The translations under genes and the position numbers were made by a program. This document shows positions 12,244 through 24,700 of a DNA stretch of 64,000 bases, piece by piece. Origin of the DNA: Bilabrum cf. latius (taxonomy: Eukaryota). The DNA lies in assembly GCA_965178125.1 (NCBI GenBank), contig OZ237750.1, forward strand, positions 124,001 through 188,000, given 5' to 3'. Each line of letters opens with the position of its first letter. Position 1 is the stretch's first letter. The notes under the pieces are model-generated. The model saw only the letters and a list, made by a program, of their open reading frames with translations, was not told the origin of the DNA and searched no databases.

Positions 12244-13822
12244 TCATTCAGTACCTGCTGTCTCCACCTCAGCGAGCCTCACCACCGCCAGCTGCGGCAC
12301 CCCTACCTTCCTGCTGAGCGTCCTCACGAACTGAGCGTGCAGCAGGAGGAAGCGCCACATGGGGCCCTGGGTGCGCAGGAGGAAGAGGGGACGGATGACG
12401 AACTCCCTTGACTCTGCGGGGCTTTGAGTTGCCTTGCCTTCCGTTCCGGGTCGAAGACCTCTAGACAATTCACGCATATCACCATCCACGATAGTACTGC
12501 TGCCTCCGCTTCCCCCATCAGATGCTTCAGTGGAGCTACCGGTCATAGAGCCAGCCTCAAGTTGTGCTTTAGTTGCAGTTTTCGGCAACTTCGCTGCTTC
12601 CGTGATTGAGAGCAGTGCGCGCCCCTGGGGCTGGGGCACTGCACCGGCACAGGCACGAGCATTGGCACCAGGCATCATCGTCCACGGGAGGACGATTTCG
12701 CTGGGAAATAGGCGCGGGCTTTTGCGACGATAGCTAGGGCTTGTCTAGTGCGCTGGGTTTGTCTCGCACGTCGATAGCCGAGAGCTGACGTGCATACTCG
12801 CTTTTCGGCTGAGCGCCCGATGCGAGATCTATGGCAGCTGCGGAGCGCAAGCAGACGCAGCATTCGACCTCCTGTCACTGGTGGCGCACCCAAGTTCCAC
12901 TTGCCCTGGATCGGCAACGGATGAGCTGCTCTCATCCTTGCGCTGATGTGCTCTCGTTGCACTCGGACCAATAGAGACACGGGTAGTGGTCGCTGGTGGT
13001 CCGGCTGCCTTCGGTGCGGTGATGACCATTGCATGGCCTTCACACGCTATTCCCGCGGCAGACGGGTACTTTTGTGATTTTACCACAGCGTACGGGCTGC
13101 ATGCGAGCCGGTCAGTTATGTTGAGAATTCTCGACACCTCCCTGAACTGGGTGCGTGTTTCCTGCGAGACTCGTCGTTCTGGCTGACACCGTGCGCAAAC
13201 ACGAGTGGTAGCGTTAAAGCGTCCGCTCTACGGCACGTTAATACTTTTGCAAAACACTACCGAAGATTCAATGCTGGTATGACCCCCAGCTCGGGCCTGA
13301 AGATCGTGTTGTAACTCGCGAAGATCTGCGATCAGCTTGTTAGCCTCTGCTTGCCTTGGAGCGAAGAATGGCCGCACTTCACTGCATCGGAATGCTGCTA
13401 TATACCAGTAGTCGACACAATCGTCGTGGCTTTGCCGTTCACTCTCTTGGATCTCCCCATACGTGCTTGAAGTGAAGTGCCCTCCCCCAGGGCGCCCGAT
13501 TTGGTGCTCTTTGCAAGAAATATCGTTACTAGTAGTCGAGCCCTACGAGTTTGATTGATTTCGATCGTAAGATGAATTGTATGATGCTTCTACCGACTAA
13601 GTACAGCCGGATTTTAGCGTAGCAACAGGCTTGCGAGCCTTGCATCCATTCTGCGGGGCTGTGGCGATCAACGACACTGCACAGACCATTTTCCAGCACA
13701 GCAGCGTAAGGCTATCTATCGAAATAAATGCAGCCTAATGATTGCATTTCACAGCCGAATTTCACCGGCTTTTCGATGATTCTAACCTAAGAAGCGCTTG
13801 AAGACGAAATGCCGCATCCCAT
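12244..13822 (-). CDS. Unknown protein, paralog A, with an N-terminal MGCGISS acylation-type motif; probable intron 13651-13786
   Basis: One frame from 13650 to the TGA at 12244 with only TAG interruptions. Core DYWYIAAFRCSEVRPFFAPRQAEANKL aligns with paralog B. Exon 1 ends TAG|GT. Confidence 0.6.
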
Positions 13823-14273
13823 CGCAACGCTCGCGCCTGCTTTCAACCAAAGCCTCCGACAAAACCAAGCAGACAAATTAGAAAAATTTGGAGTTAGTTG
13901 CTGGTAGTACCTGAGTCTTCTAGAATTGAGGTTTGTGCACCATGTCTACCGTGCGACCAAGTGCGACCAGGTGCGACCAACGGCAGAACGACCGAACCGC
14001 CAGCAAGGCCAACTAATTTCGTTGCGTGGTCCAAGCCTGTGCAAGACCGCCAGGCGGCGGAATTGTTCCAATACTACTTTGCATCTTAGATCTTCAATCA
14101 GCTCGCCTCTTGGCCAGCTCTACTCGCTCCACCTCAGCGAGCCTCACCACCGCCAGCTGCGGCACCCCTACCTTCCTGCTGAGCGTCCTCACGAACTGAG
14201 CATGCAGCAGGAGGAAGCGCCACATGGGGCCCTGGGTGCGCAGGAGGAAGAGGGGACGGATGACGAACTCCCT
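12262..14273. repeat. Direct repeat of 147 bp (12262-12408 and 14127-14273) encoding the shared C-terminal module of paralogs A and B
   Basis: One mismatch seen. Encodes REFVIRPLFLLRTQGPMWRFLLLHAQFVRTLSRKVGVPQLAVVRLAEVE in both genes. Confidence 0.9.
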
Positions 14274-15738
14274 GCGCTCGTTGGGCGTGCGCCCTGGCTG
14301 CGTATGCCCGACACTGTTTTCGACGTAGCTGCCATCGTCATCCCCTGACTAGATCTATCTACTACCTGTTGTACCGTCCTCATCACCACTCCCATTACCA
14401 CCTTCATCCTCGCTTGCGCCTTCACCAGAGCCCGACAGCCCGCCGCCGCTTGTGCTCCTGGAAACCTCGCCGCTGGCGATGCTTGCCGTCCTCGACTTCC
14501 CTGTCGGCTGGTTGGCTAGTGGTTGCTCTATAGTAGTAGCTGGTGAGCTATTCGTGGCCGTTTCTTCAGCAGCAGCAGCTGCACGCTGCTGCTGCTGACG
14601 CTCTGCTGGGCCTGGGGGGCTGGTCTGTGGCTCTTCCGGGGGCAGGGAGGGTAGCACTTTTTGCGTTGTGACCTCGGGTGGTGCTGCTGAGCTCGGTATG
14701 ATGATCTCGGCTGGGACCATGGGCGATCGCTGGGCAAGAAGAGCTGGCAGGCGTGGCGCCTTGTTGCTGGCATCCTTTGCGTCGGAGGGTGAGAGATGCG
14801 CGGCAGGGCTCCCGCTGCTTTCAGCAACACCATTCACACAAGCAACACCAATGCTTAAGCATGTTTGCGGGTGCAAAGTTGCTGCGTTCGAACCCACTAA
14901 GTCCCTCCCGGCTGCTCTTGGTGGGAACCCGGCGGCGACGTCGAGTGGCTGCGATCGGCCCTTTAGGTTGGATGCAAGCATGCCATGGCCTTTTGGCCCA
15001 CTCGGAAAGTATTTGCAGGAGCTTATCACGCCATAGGACTCCAAAGAGGATGTGTCAGCCAGGTTAAGGTACCTTGAAACTGCCTTGAAATGATGCCCAG
15101 CTCTCTGAGGAGCCTGGCGTCCAGCAACTACGCGCAGCATGCGGGTGGAGATGCCACATCTGCTATTATCTATGAAGCTGCAGTTTATGCTGCTGGAAGC
15201 CATGCCTACCTTACTGCCAGGGCGGGCTAGCAGGTCATTCTCTAACTCCTTAAACTCTGCGTTTAGCGTATCTGCCTCGACTTGCTCAGAAGCAAAGAAC
15301 GGTCTGGCCTCATCGCTCTAGAATGCTGATATATACCACCAGTCAGCACAAATTCCCTGCTCTCCACCTCCTGGTACCAGAGCATCAGCTTCCTTCGCGG
15401 AAGTGAAATCCACAGGAAGTCCCATGACCCTGTCCTTGTCAGGGCCAAAATCGAGCAGCGAAGTGTTCTACGCGATTGGCGCATGTATCTAGCTGTCATC
15501 ATTAGTTGTCTGTGGAACGCCTGCGGCCTGGGTATCTTTACAGTGCTCCGTATCCATACTTGGAGCAGTCGTCAATCGTTCCTGCGGTAATGAGACAAGT
15601 GATTGACTTATACATGATGGTAGACGGCCTTGGTACCGAGATTCCATGTTTATATCTACCAATTAATTCACAGTAGGCCTGTGGGATGATACTTACTGAT
15701 GGAGCGACGTGCAACATCGCAGAGGAACCACACCCCAT
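14094..15738 (-). CDS. Unknown protein, paralog B, with an N-terminal MGCGSS motif; intron 15582-15696
   Basis: Phase-0 GTAAGT...CCGCAG intron. Core DWWYISAF*SDEARPFFASEQVEADTL is homologous to paralog A. After TAGs at 14355 and 14349 the frame continues into the same C-terminal module as A and ends at TGA. Confidence 0.65.
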
Positions 15739-16058
15739 TGCCGCTGCTGTAACGCAGTGCTGTTGCGTAGTTCTGGTCCTTGCAGGCTTCAGGAATCAAC
15801 TGAAGTACTATACTACCACTTCCAAGAGACTGAACACGATTAAGGTCCCGGTAAAGCACAGACACCTCCGTAAATCTACTCGTTCTGCAGCAGAAACCGT
15901 GCCTCCTGCGACTTCGAATTGCGACCTCTCGCTCTCGCAGTGATTTGGCCAGAGATGATGGTTGCTGGTGATGGGGGCGAGTGCGCGGTCCAGCTGCCAG
16001 CAATCCTTGCGCTTAAAAGGCATTCAGTAGCTCTATATGTTTTCATTGTATTTCTCTC

Positions 16059-19000
16059 TCAGTGCACCCTCGCCCTCTTGGACACCTTCCAATCGGCCGC
16101 AGCCTCGTCGCCAGCACGCCCCCTGGCCCTCTTCCCACCGGCCATCCCGGCACCAGCGGCAGCGGCAGTGGCTGCAGCAGCCCGCTTGCCCGCCCGCAGC
16201 ATTCTCTGCGATCGACTGCTCTATCCGCGAGGCCCCAGGCTGCGAGGCTGCGCCTTCCTGCTCCTGCCTGCCGCACTGCCATGCAATGCACCCAGCCGCA
16301 GCAACGAGTTAGAGACCGCCGGCCGGCCCGCCAACGCCATAGATGAAGGTGAGGACGAGGCGGTCCCGCTGCCAAGCGCAGCCTAACTGCCCATCGCATG
16401 CCCCCCGCTGGAGCCCCCGGAAATGCCGGCACCCTCCAGCGCCTGCTAGATGCGCCTGGCCACCACGCTGCCGGTCCTTGGCAGCATGCCCGCGGGAGCA
16501 GTAGCGTGCACTTTGAGGTCGGATGCCCCGCGCCGAGCCTCGGGAGATGCGACCGCCAGCGACCTGGGGCCCGCTCGAGCACTTGCTCGGGCTAGAGGGC
16601 GAGCACCAGCGTGTCCGTGTCCGCCGGGACCAGCGTCCGTCTCTGACGTCTCCTCGTCCTCGTCCTCGTCTTCGTCCGTGTCTTCATCTTTACCCCCTCC
16701 TTTGTGCGAGGCATGGCCCGTCGAATCCTTGCCGGCCCTTGGACCGTCCTGCTCGTCCTCCCGGCTGCCTCCAGGGGCAGCTGTTCCCTCGACGATCGCT
16801 GTTCCCTCGACTATCGCCCCTGCTCTTGTGCTGCCTGCGCCCCCCACCACCAACGCGCCGCTGCTGCCAATGCCACCTTGCATTGTTCCCTGGACCGCCC
16901 CACCATCCCCCATCCGATCCACCTCCTCCTCCTCTCTACCATCATCCACCTCCAAGTCTAGGAGTGGCCCCAGCCCGAAGGCCTCCCTCCTCTGCCTGTC
17001 AGTGGGAGGGGACAGAATGGAGGCGGTGCTGCGGGAGGCGGACGGCGGGCCGGTTTGATGAGTGCGCTCGGGGGAGCCCACGGGTGATGTTTGGCCATCG
17101 AGGCTACTACTACTGCTGCTGTTGTTGTTGCTGCTGCTGCTGATCACGGCTCTTGCACTACCGATTGTCGCCCGCTGCGGCGAAGCTGGGTGCCAGTCGG
17201 CAGTGGCAGAAGCAGCAGTAGTCGTGCTCGCAGCACTTGGTGCATTGCTTGCGGTGCGAGCGGAAACTGCTGCAGCTCCATTGCTTGCGGCCCGCCCGAC
17301 CATATGCTCATCGCCCTCGCTCCGCTGCTGTCGCTGCATGGGGCCTGTTGTCGGCGGTCGTGCACCGCTGAAAGACTTCTGCTGTGGAGCTCCAAGGCTA
17401 CTTCCAGCTGCGGAAACCTACGCACTGGGCAGCTCCTGCTAGACCAAATCGGGGGCAGCCGTCGCAGTTGCATCGCCTTGCACTGCAACCCTGCTGGCCT
17501 TGTGCTCCATTCCGGACGCCCCACCGCTCTCGGCACCTGTACCGGAACCCGCGCCACCCCTGCTCTTCTGCACTGACCTGCTCCTCTGGCCCCTCTTGTT
17601 CCTCAAGAGCACCGCTTCTGCCGCCCTGGCCTGCTGTCTCGCCTCTGCCTCTGCTTTCCGCCTGGCAGCCATGGCCTGTGCCCTGGATCGGGCCGTGCGG
17701 CACCGGAGCCTGGGACTGCGTCGCAGGGAGTGCCCCTGCCTGCTTCGGCCGGAAGACACCGCTCCTTGCCGTCGTGTTTGACCACCCCTGGATCGGTCCA
17801 GGGTGCGCAGGTGCCCCCGGCTGTCGTCCCCCTGGCTCAGCTGGGCTCCGGACACCGACCCTCCCCCAGACCCGCCAGCTGCTCGGATCCCTAGCCCCAG
17901 CTTCCCCACCATGTCCTCCCTGTGTTCCCCAGAGTAAGCCCCGGACGTGAAACCGCTGAAGTGACTCCCGGGACGGAATCCCTTCCCGTCCTTTGGCAGT
18001 AGCCTGGCAGACACGCGGGGCGGGGTGGCCAGCAGCGACACGAGCCTCGCACGGCTAGGACTCGTCACATCCGACCTCTGGCTCCTCCGGCTAGAGACGG
18101 AATCCGGTGAACCCGGTCCCCTGGACTGCGCGGCGCCGCCCTTGGCCGGTTCCGCACCCCTGCCCCTAGGGCCCTGTGCCATCTGCGTGAGTGTGAGCGC
18201 GGTCCTCGCGGCCACGGCCAGTCTGCCAAGTCCCTCCGAGGCTCTCATCGCGTCTGCAAGAAGCAGCTGCACCACCCGTTTGGCGGACTGCTTGCTCTTG
18301 CCGCGGAGCGTTGCGACCAATTTCGCGCGATAGTTGAAGGAAGCGGCCCTCTGGGCGAAAGAGGCCGCCCGTGCCGCCAGCATGCCGCCGATCTCAAGCG
18401 GTGCAAGGAGGTCTTCCGTCTCTGGGTCGGACCTCAGAGGAGACATCGCGCTGCGCATCCGGTGCAAGCGAGAGGGCGCGGACTGCGGGGGGTTCTAGGC
18501 ACGGCCCTCCCGAGTTCGAATCCCTGCCAGCGGTGAGGCGAATCCCGTACCAAGCGCCGCCACATCATCGGCCTCCATGCCGGCTCGTTCCTCCGAGCTG
18601 GTGCTGCCAGCCTGGGAGACGGGGCTGCTGCTGCCCGATGAACTGCCATGACGCGCGTCCCGAGGCCCGTCCTCGTCGTCGTCGTTCAGCGGGTCGAATG
18701 CCTTACGATCGCTCCGATCGGATGCAATCGCAGCGCGGTGTCGAGGCGGTGTGCGGTGCTGGATCCGCTCCGGTGATCTGCCCGTGGTGCCGCCCGCCGG
18801 TTTCCCAGCCCGCGCGCTAGCGCTGTCTATCTTGCTGCCATCGTCTTTGTCATCATCATCATCGCTGAAGCCAAGGAGGGGCGGCAAGAGCTGGTCGTCG
18901 TCATCTTCGGTTCGCATGCTGCTGCTTTTCTTGCCTGCACCCTCACTGCTTGCCACAGCCCGAGGCCCTAGTCCCAGCCCCGATGCACTGCTCTAGGGAT

Positions 19001-20863
19001 CACTACCATGCGATGCACTGCGACTAGTTCCCTCCCGTCCACTCGTGTCATGCAAAGCCTGGACTCTCTTCGATGTGCCCTTTTCAGCCTTGCTGGAGCT
19101 GCCGACTGATGCGCCGGCCTATACCTCTTCACCCCGCCCCCCCTTGGGCTCCTGCCCTGCTGCCCTTGGCTGCGACTGTGTGGCGAGCACGTCAACATTT
19201 GCAGCGCAATTGACTGCACCCTCGCTGCGCACCGCCTTGGGGTGCTCATTCCCGACCGCAGGGCTAGAGTGCACCGAGGCTGCTGCGGCGCTGTCAACCA
19301 CCCCGACAGTGCGCGAGCTGCCGCTGCGAATGCGGGTGAGTGCAGCGAGTGCATCTCTGGCTGCGGCTGCTGCAGCCAGCGCGCTTCCGTTTGGGACGGA
19401 TCCATGCTGCGATGCATCCCAACTGGTGTCCTCTTCCGCATCATCGTCCGCCTCCATTGGAGCCTACCCTGACAACGAAGTCGCGGCCTGGCCCGGCTTT
19501 CGGCTGCGAGTCTGTTGACCAGCGATGGAATCGGACGCTGCGAGCATCGATCTATTTGAACTGCTACCACAGGCTCGCTAACTGCCTTTCGCGCCGTCAT
19601 TGCCACCCTCCATTGGCACGCTAGCCGCAGCCGATCCGCTGGACGTTGTCTAGAGAAGGAGGGCGCGCCCCGAATCCCCCGCTTGCTGTGCGATTCTAGC
19701 CCCAGACATGGACGTGTCGCGCTTGCCGTTGCTGGTGCTCCCGTCTTCCATTGCCATCGGCGATGACGAGGGCTGCACTAGCCCGCTTGCGCTAGACCCC
19801 GGCGGCGACGACGACGACGACGGCTAGCTTGACGAGCTAGCTGCTGCCCAGCTATGCGGGGATAGAGGACCATCGCCATTCGAGAAATCGCTCGTGTTGC
19901 CGGACTAGCTCGTGCCACTGGCTGCACCCCATCCCAAGGACGCAGTCCCTGCTGATGGACCCGCCGCTTTGGAAGGAGCCACGAGGTGCCTGAGCGCAGA
20001 CCGGTGCTGCCCGCTGGATGCCCTCCGCCTCTTGAGCTGATAGTTCATCACCCTCTCAGCGGCCCCCACGCCCGATCCCCGGGCTACTTCGATGGCTCTG
20101 TACATGAGGTCCAAAGCGAGATCCATCTGGGGAGTGGACTCCAGCATGGCTTGCGTGGGGGGCGAGGAGGAAGAGTCGCTGTCGCTGCTGCTGCCGCTGC
20201 TGCTGCTGCTGCTATGATCATCGTCGCCGGCACCACTTGACCCAGTGGTGGTGCTCGTTTGGTTGCACTATTTCGGGTGGCTGGCTCGGGTGCTGCTGCT
20301 GCAGCTACTGCTGCTGCTGCTGCTGTGTCCCAGTCGCAGCAGTGAGCTCGTGGCAGGGCCCATACCGCGGCGGCGAGCACTCGCTCGCTCCGCGCGTCGC
20401 TTCCTGCGCTCTGCTCGCTGCTATTTTCTAACTTCTTCTTGAGCATTCATCCGAAGATCTGCGGTGTGAATTGTAGCAAGTGGCTGAGACTCCCAAGTTT
20501 TGTTGCTTGCCAGATTCTAAATCGCGAGAAAACAAATATGGCACCGCAGCGAAATGGGCACACTAATGGTTGCCCCCGCGGAGAAGGCAACAAGATGACA
20601 AAACTTTACTCACAATTTGACAGAGCCATGAGGTGAACTTCTGAGAGCTTTACCGCAGGGGCATCCTGCTTGCTCTCAGGCTCAAGCGCTTCCCCGGAAT
20701 CTAGCTGATCACCGAGGTCATCCTCTTCGTTTTCATGCATGTCATCATTGTCATCAGAATCCATTTCACTAGGGTGTACAAAGCCGTTATTTTCTTTGTG
20801 TGGAGTACTGTCCTCTTCATCAATGTTTCGCCTGAACCGATCCACATTGGAAGGCTCATCCAT
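16059..20863 (-). CDS. Large low-complexity (Ser/Ala/Gly/acidic) protein of unknown function; intron 20459-20613
   Basis: ORFs 19905-20147, 19119-19457, 18495-18956, 17439-18467 and 16446-17339 share one frame and each ends in TAG. A phase-1 GTGAGT...CGCAG intron links the upstream exon. Ends with a basic tail (VSKRARVH) at TGA. Confidence 0.6.
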
Positions 20864-21226
20864 CGCACCCGGTTGATCCTACAGGCAACTATACCGAGCA
20901 AATTCCCGAATACTATTAAATTCGATTAATGTTTCGCCGAGTCTAGCGCCAAAATTTGTTTGAATCGGGTAGAATCGTGAATCGTCGGTCGAGTCGACAT
21001 TCGAAATTGGAAATCCGGCTCCGGATTATATCCGGGGTGCAGCTGCATTTTTCAGTTCGCCTGAGCAATCATGGATTGGCCATTGCTACAAGAGCAGACA
21101 GTCAATTAGACCCGAAACAAGACCTTATAGATACTCTGATAGGTGCTGAAAGAACCGATGGCCATCGTCTGCGACGCAAGTCACGCCCACCACCACAAGC
21201 CCCGAGATCAGCACGCTAGGCTCCGG

Positions 21227-23055
21227 TCATTTATCCTCCTCCTTCTTCTCTTCCTCTTCCTGTACAGCTCCCTCTCCAGCGTCATCATCGTCTCCCTTCC
21301 CTTTCCCGTCATCCCCACCTTCCTCATCTTCCTTAGTTTCCTCCACCACCACCTCCTCCTCCTTTCCCTCGAACATGACCCCGCCAGACGAGGCCACCAC
21401 ATCCAGCTCCTCGCCGAACACGGACTCCCACACGCCAAGCAAGCCCCTGCAAGCGGCCAGGAGATCACCGTGCCGACTCAGCGCCGCCTCATCCCCGCCC
21501 CGCGCCGCGTCCACCTCGGAATCAAAAACACTGGCGGAGGGCCCCCCCTCCAGCTTGTCGATGGCCACCCTCAGCTTGCCGTCGGCCGCCATCCACGCCG
21601 CCCGCACCCTTGCGTCGGTGCTTCCAGGGAACAACTCGCCCCCACCAGGCACGCGAGCCCTCCAGAACTCCGGCGGGCCCAGCGCGTCCTCCTCCTCTTC
21701 TTCCTCTTCTTCCTCCCCCTCGCCGTCCTAGCCGGATTTCTTGGCTCGCGCCTCCTTCCGTGCCTCCAGCGCCTCCCGCAGCCGGAGAGCGTCCTCTTTG
21801 CCCACCCCAACGTCCCGCGCCGCGATGCCGGCCTGCACGGCACTCCGCAAGAAGCACCGCACTGCAGCGTTCAGGCCGGCGTCCTCCTCCTCGCTGGGAA
21901 GGCCGGTGGCGGGAGCATCCCCAGCCTCGCCCGTCTCCCGGTCGATCCCCGCCGCCGCGCAGAGAACGTTCGCCAGGATTGCCGGGTCTACCTGCGCCTC
22001 GGGCGCGTCTTTGTCCGCCTTGACGAGTTCCTTCTGCCCGTCCTCGTTGAAGCTCACCCTCAGCCTGGGCTCCCTTAACCTCCTCTGCCTCACCGCATAC
22101 CTGATGGCATGGAAGGGCCGGCCCGCCTTCACCTCCAGCTCGGCTGCCCGGGCGCACTCGTCATCATTGGGGAGACAGGAGGGGCACTTGTTCCCTGCGG
22201 CCCACATGCCGTCTAGGGCCGCGACAGCCCCATCGGTGTCCTCTTCCTCCAATCGGGCGCTGGCGATGTCCAGCCATGCGTGGCCCCTCAGGAACAGCCT
22301 GGCCTGGTCCACGTTGGCGAGGATGCTGATCCAGGGGCCGTTGAGGCCCAGGGATGCGAGCTCTGCGACGGCTTTGGTGACCCTCTGCGAGTTCCTGACC
22401 CGGCGCACCTGGGCCACCTGCAGCGCACTCGCGGCCAGGTGCAGGTCGCTCGGCCGCTTCGACGCCTTGGCTGCTTCGATCACGCGGAGGAGCAGGCCGA
22501 CGCCTGCCACGGGACCGCGGCTGCCTCCTGAAAATCTGAAATTATAGTACGCATCCTTGGTTTGGAACTCCGGCTCTGGTCGTTCCAGCAGCGGGATGCC
22601 GCCGCGAGCTTGGCCGACGGACAGTGGATGCTCTGGGATTTCGGTTGCTCCGGGATTGTCCTGCCTAAATGCCGTCGCGTGCGCTGCGATAGGAAACAGA
22701 ACCAGCCAACCAGCAATCAGTCGCTGCACGATAGCACGTCAAGCAGGTGGCAGGCGCACAACATCGGGGCTACACTCTTACCTTCCATCATTTGGTCCAC
22801 ATCGTAGGGGGCCTTAGGCACCTACAACTCTCGTTTTCTCTGGAGTGCCTCCTGCAACACCTTAGTATCACCCAGCCTCTCCAATTCCATCAGCTTCCGC
22901 ACCCTTCGCTCGATTTCTACGCTTGACATGTGCCTCGCACTCTGCTCCCACGCGCGACTCTGTTGAGCAACACTTGAGCCAGCACCACGATGTGTAGACC
23001 AACTTATATGCTAGCTACCTAATCTACTTCCTAATCTTCGTGCAAACTGCCTCAT
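21227..23055 (-). CDS. Unknown protein with a probable mitochondrial presequence; intron 22684-22781
   Basis: N-terminus MRQFARRLGSRLGS*HISWSTHRG...ARHMSS is Arg/Ser-rich and almost acid-free. Phase-1 GTAAGA...CGCAG intron. ORFs 21728-22729 and 21227-21652 are joined by TAG. Acidic tail, ends at TGA. Confidence 0.6.
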
Positions 23056-23168
23056 CTCGTCACAAAAATGCAAAACAAGAGTTGCCGCTCTTTGGGTTTG
23101 TGTAACGAACAGTTTATGCATAAATCTGGTTTCTGGACGGGACCCCGGTTTCACCTCTCTGCTGTACT

Positions 23169-24101
23169 ATGCCCGGGGTGCTATCCGCCAACATTGAGTT
23201 ACCTGGTGGAAAATCTGTTTATATTTCTCTGGACAAGGGCTAGAATCCCTTGGAAGTTGCCCTGGCAGTTTGCCAAGAGCACAGCATTGCTCGATCCGAT
23301 GAAGGTGACGTGTTCAATGCCGTTTTAGGGTCACTTGTTGAGGCAGCCGATGCAAAAGCGCCAGCCGTTCAGATTTAGAGTGGGGACATTATAGTGAAGG
23401 CCGCAGCGGGCGAATCAGCGAGAGACGTGGCAGCACGCGAGGCAGCCACGGCCTCACACGTGGACGACGAAGATCGAGCCGAGTACGAGGAAGCTGTCGC
23501 AGAGGCGCTTGCCCAGGCTCGCTTGGAAAAACTCGTAGGTATCTCTCTGTAGGATCTTCTCCCTGGTGACGAAGAATACGAAGATGAGGACGAAGACAGC
23601 GACATAGGCCCTCCGACGGAGCCAGCATCCCCGGCAAAGTTGCCACAGATGCCCAGCAAGCCAGCCGAAGCGGAGCTCAGGCAGCGCAATCGATAGCAAA
23701 AGAAAAAGGTCAAGCCAGAGACCGAGGCACAGCGAAAAAAGCGAGAGAAGCGCGAGGCAGACATGGAGAAGCAGTTTAAGCTGCGAAAGGCACGCGAAGA
23801 TGCGCAGTGCCTCACGTCTGTCTTTGCCTTCCTTGCCGGATTCATCCTCGCCGCTGTCATCGCGTCTTTGAGCATCATGGCTGACGCCAGGGTGGACCGG
23901 TCTGTCCCCATGGCCACCGGCCTGGTGGTCATCGTGCTCACCGCGCTGTACCAGTCGTTTGCGACGGGCAGCAACGGCTCCACTTTGGATGAGGAGACTG
24001 TGCACCCGCTGGTGTGGACGATGGGCGGGGCGGGGATGGGCTGCATGATGGGGTCCATGGCAGGAGATATCATGGTCAACATGGGCTTCGGGTTCAGGTG
24101 A
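23169..24101 (+). CDS. Unknown membrane protein with 2-3 C-terminal hydrophobic segments
   Basis: Single frame from ATG 23169 with TAG at 23241, 23376, 23550 and 23694. A charged coiled region precedes the hydrophobic helices. Ends at TGA. Confidence 0.65.
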
Positions 24102-24700
24102 GGTGTGGGTGGGCAGACTACATGAGGAGAGGGTGAGAGAGGATGTAAAGATGGTCGCAACTTGAAGCCGCCGTGTCGTGGGTGAGCAGACTGTCAGCGT
24201 CCGTTGACACGCGACTTTTAGAGCGAAGAAGAAATTGGATTTGCGCGCACGCAAGGTGTGGAAACCCACGGGTTCTCCCCATGCCGGCCTCAGTTCATCA
24301 CCGGCGGTGACAACCGGGCCGGTTGACAGAGGGCCAGCCTGGCGGCACTCGCACGCAGGAGAGGGCACTAGAGATGCCGCTCCGCGTCACACGGTGGCTG
24401 GGTCCTGCAAGCAGCGTTAGTGTAGATTTGTAGGGATGGGCGGTCTTCATAGCGCCAACAATCGATCTTTAGGGAGTTTGTCGCACGTTTGGCCGCAAGC
24501 CTTGTTTACTGCTATGCTTCTGGAGGCATTATGTGCATGTTGAGAGTGTTGACACTGGATTCGGCCCGGGGCGAAGCCAGTGGCGGGTTGGGATCCGATC
24601 GGCGAGTTCGCATTTTACTGCCTCACGACTAGCCAAGCGAGAGAAAGAACCGTGTAACGCATATTTACCAGCAGATCTTCCTACTTCTGCGCTTAGAACC

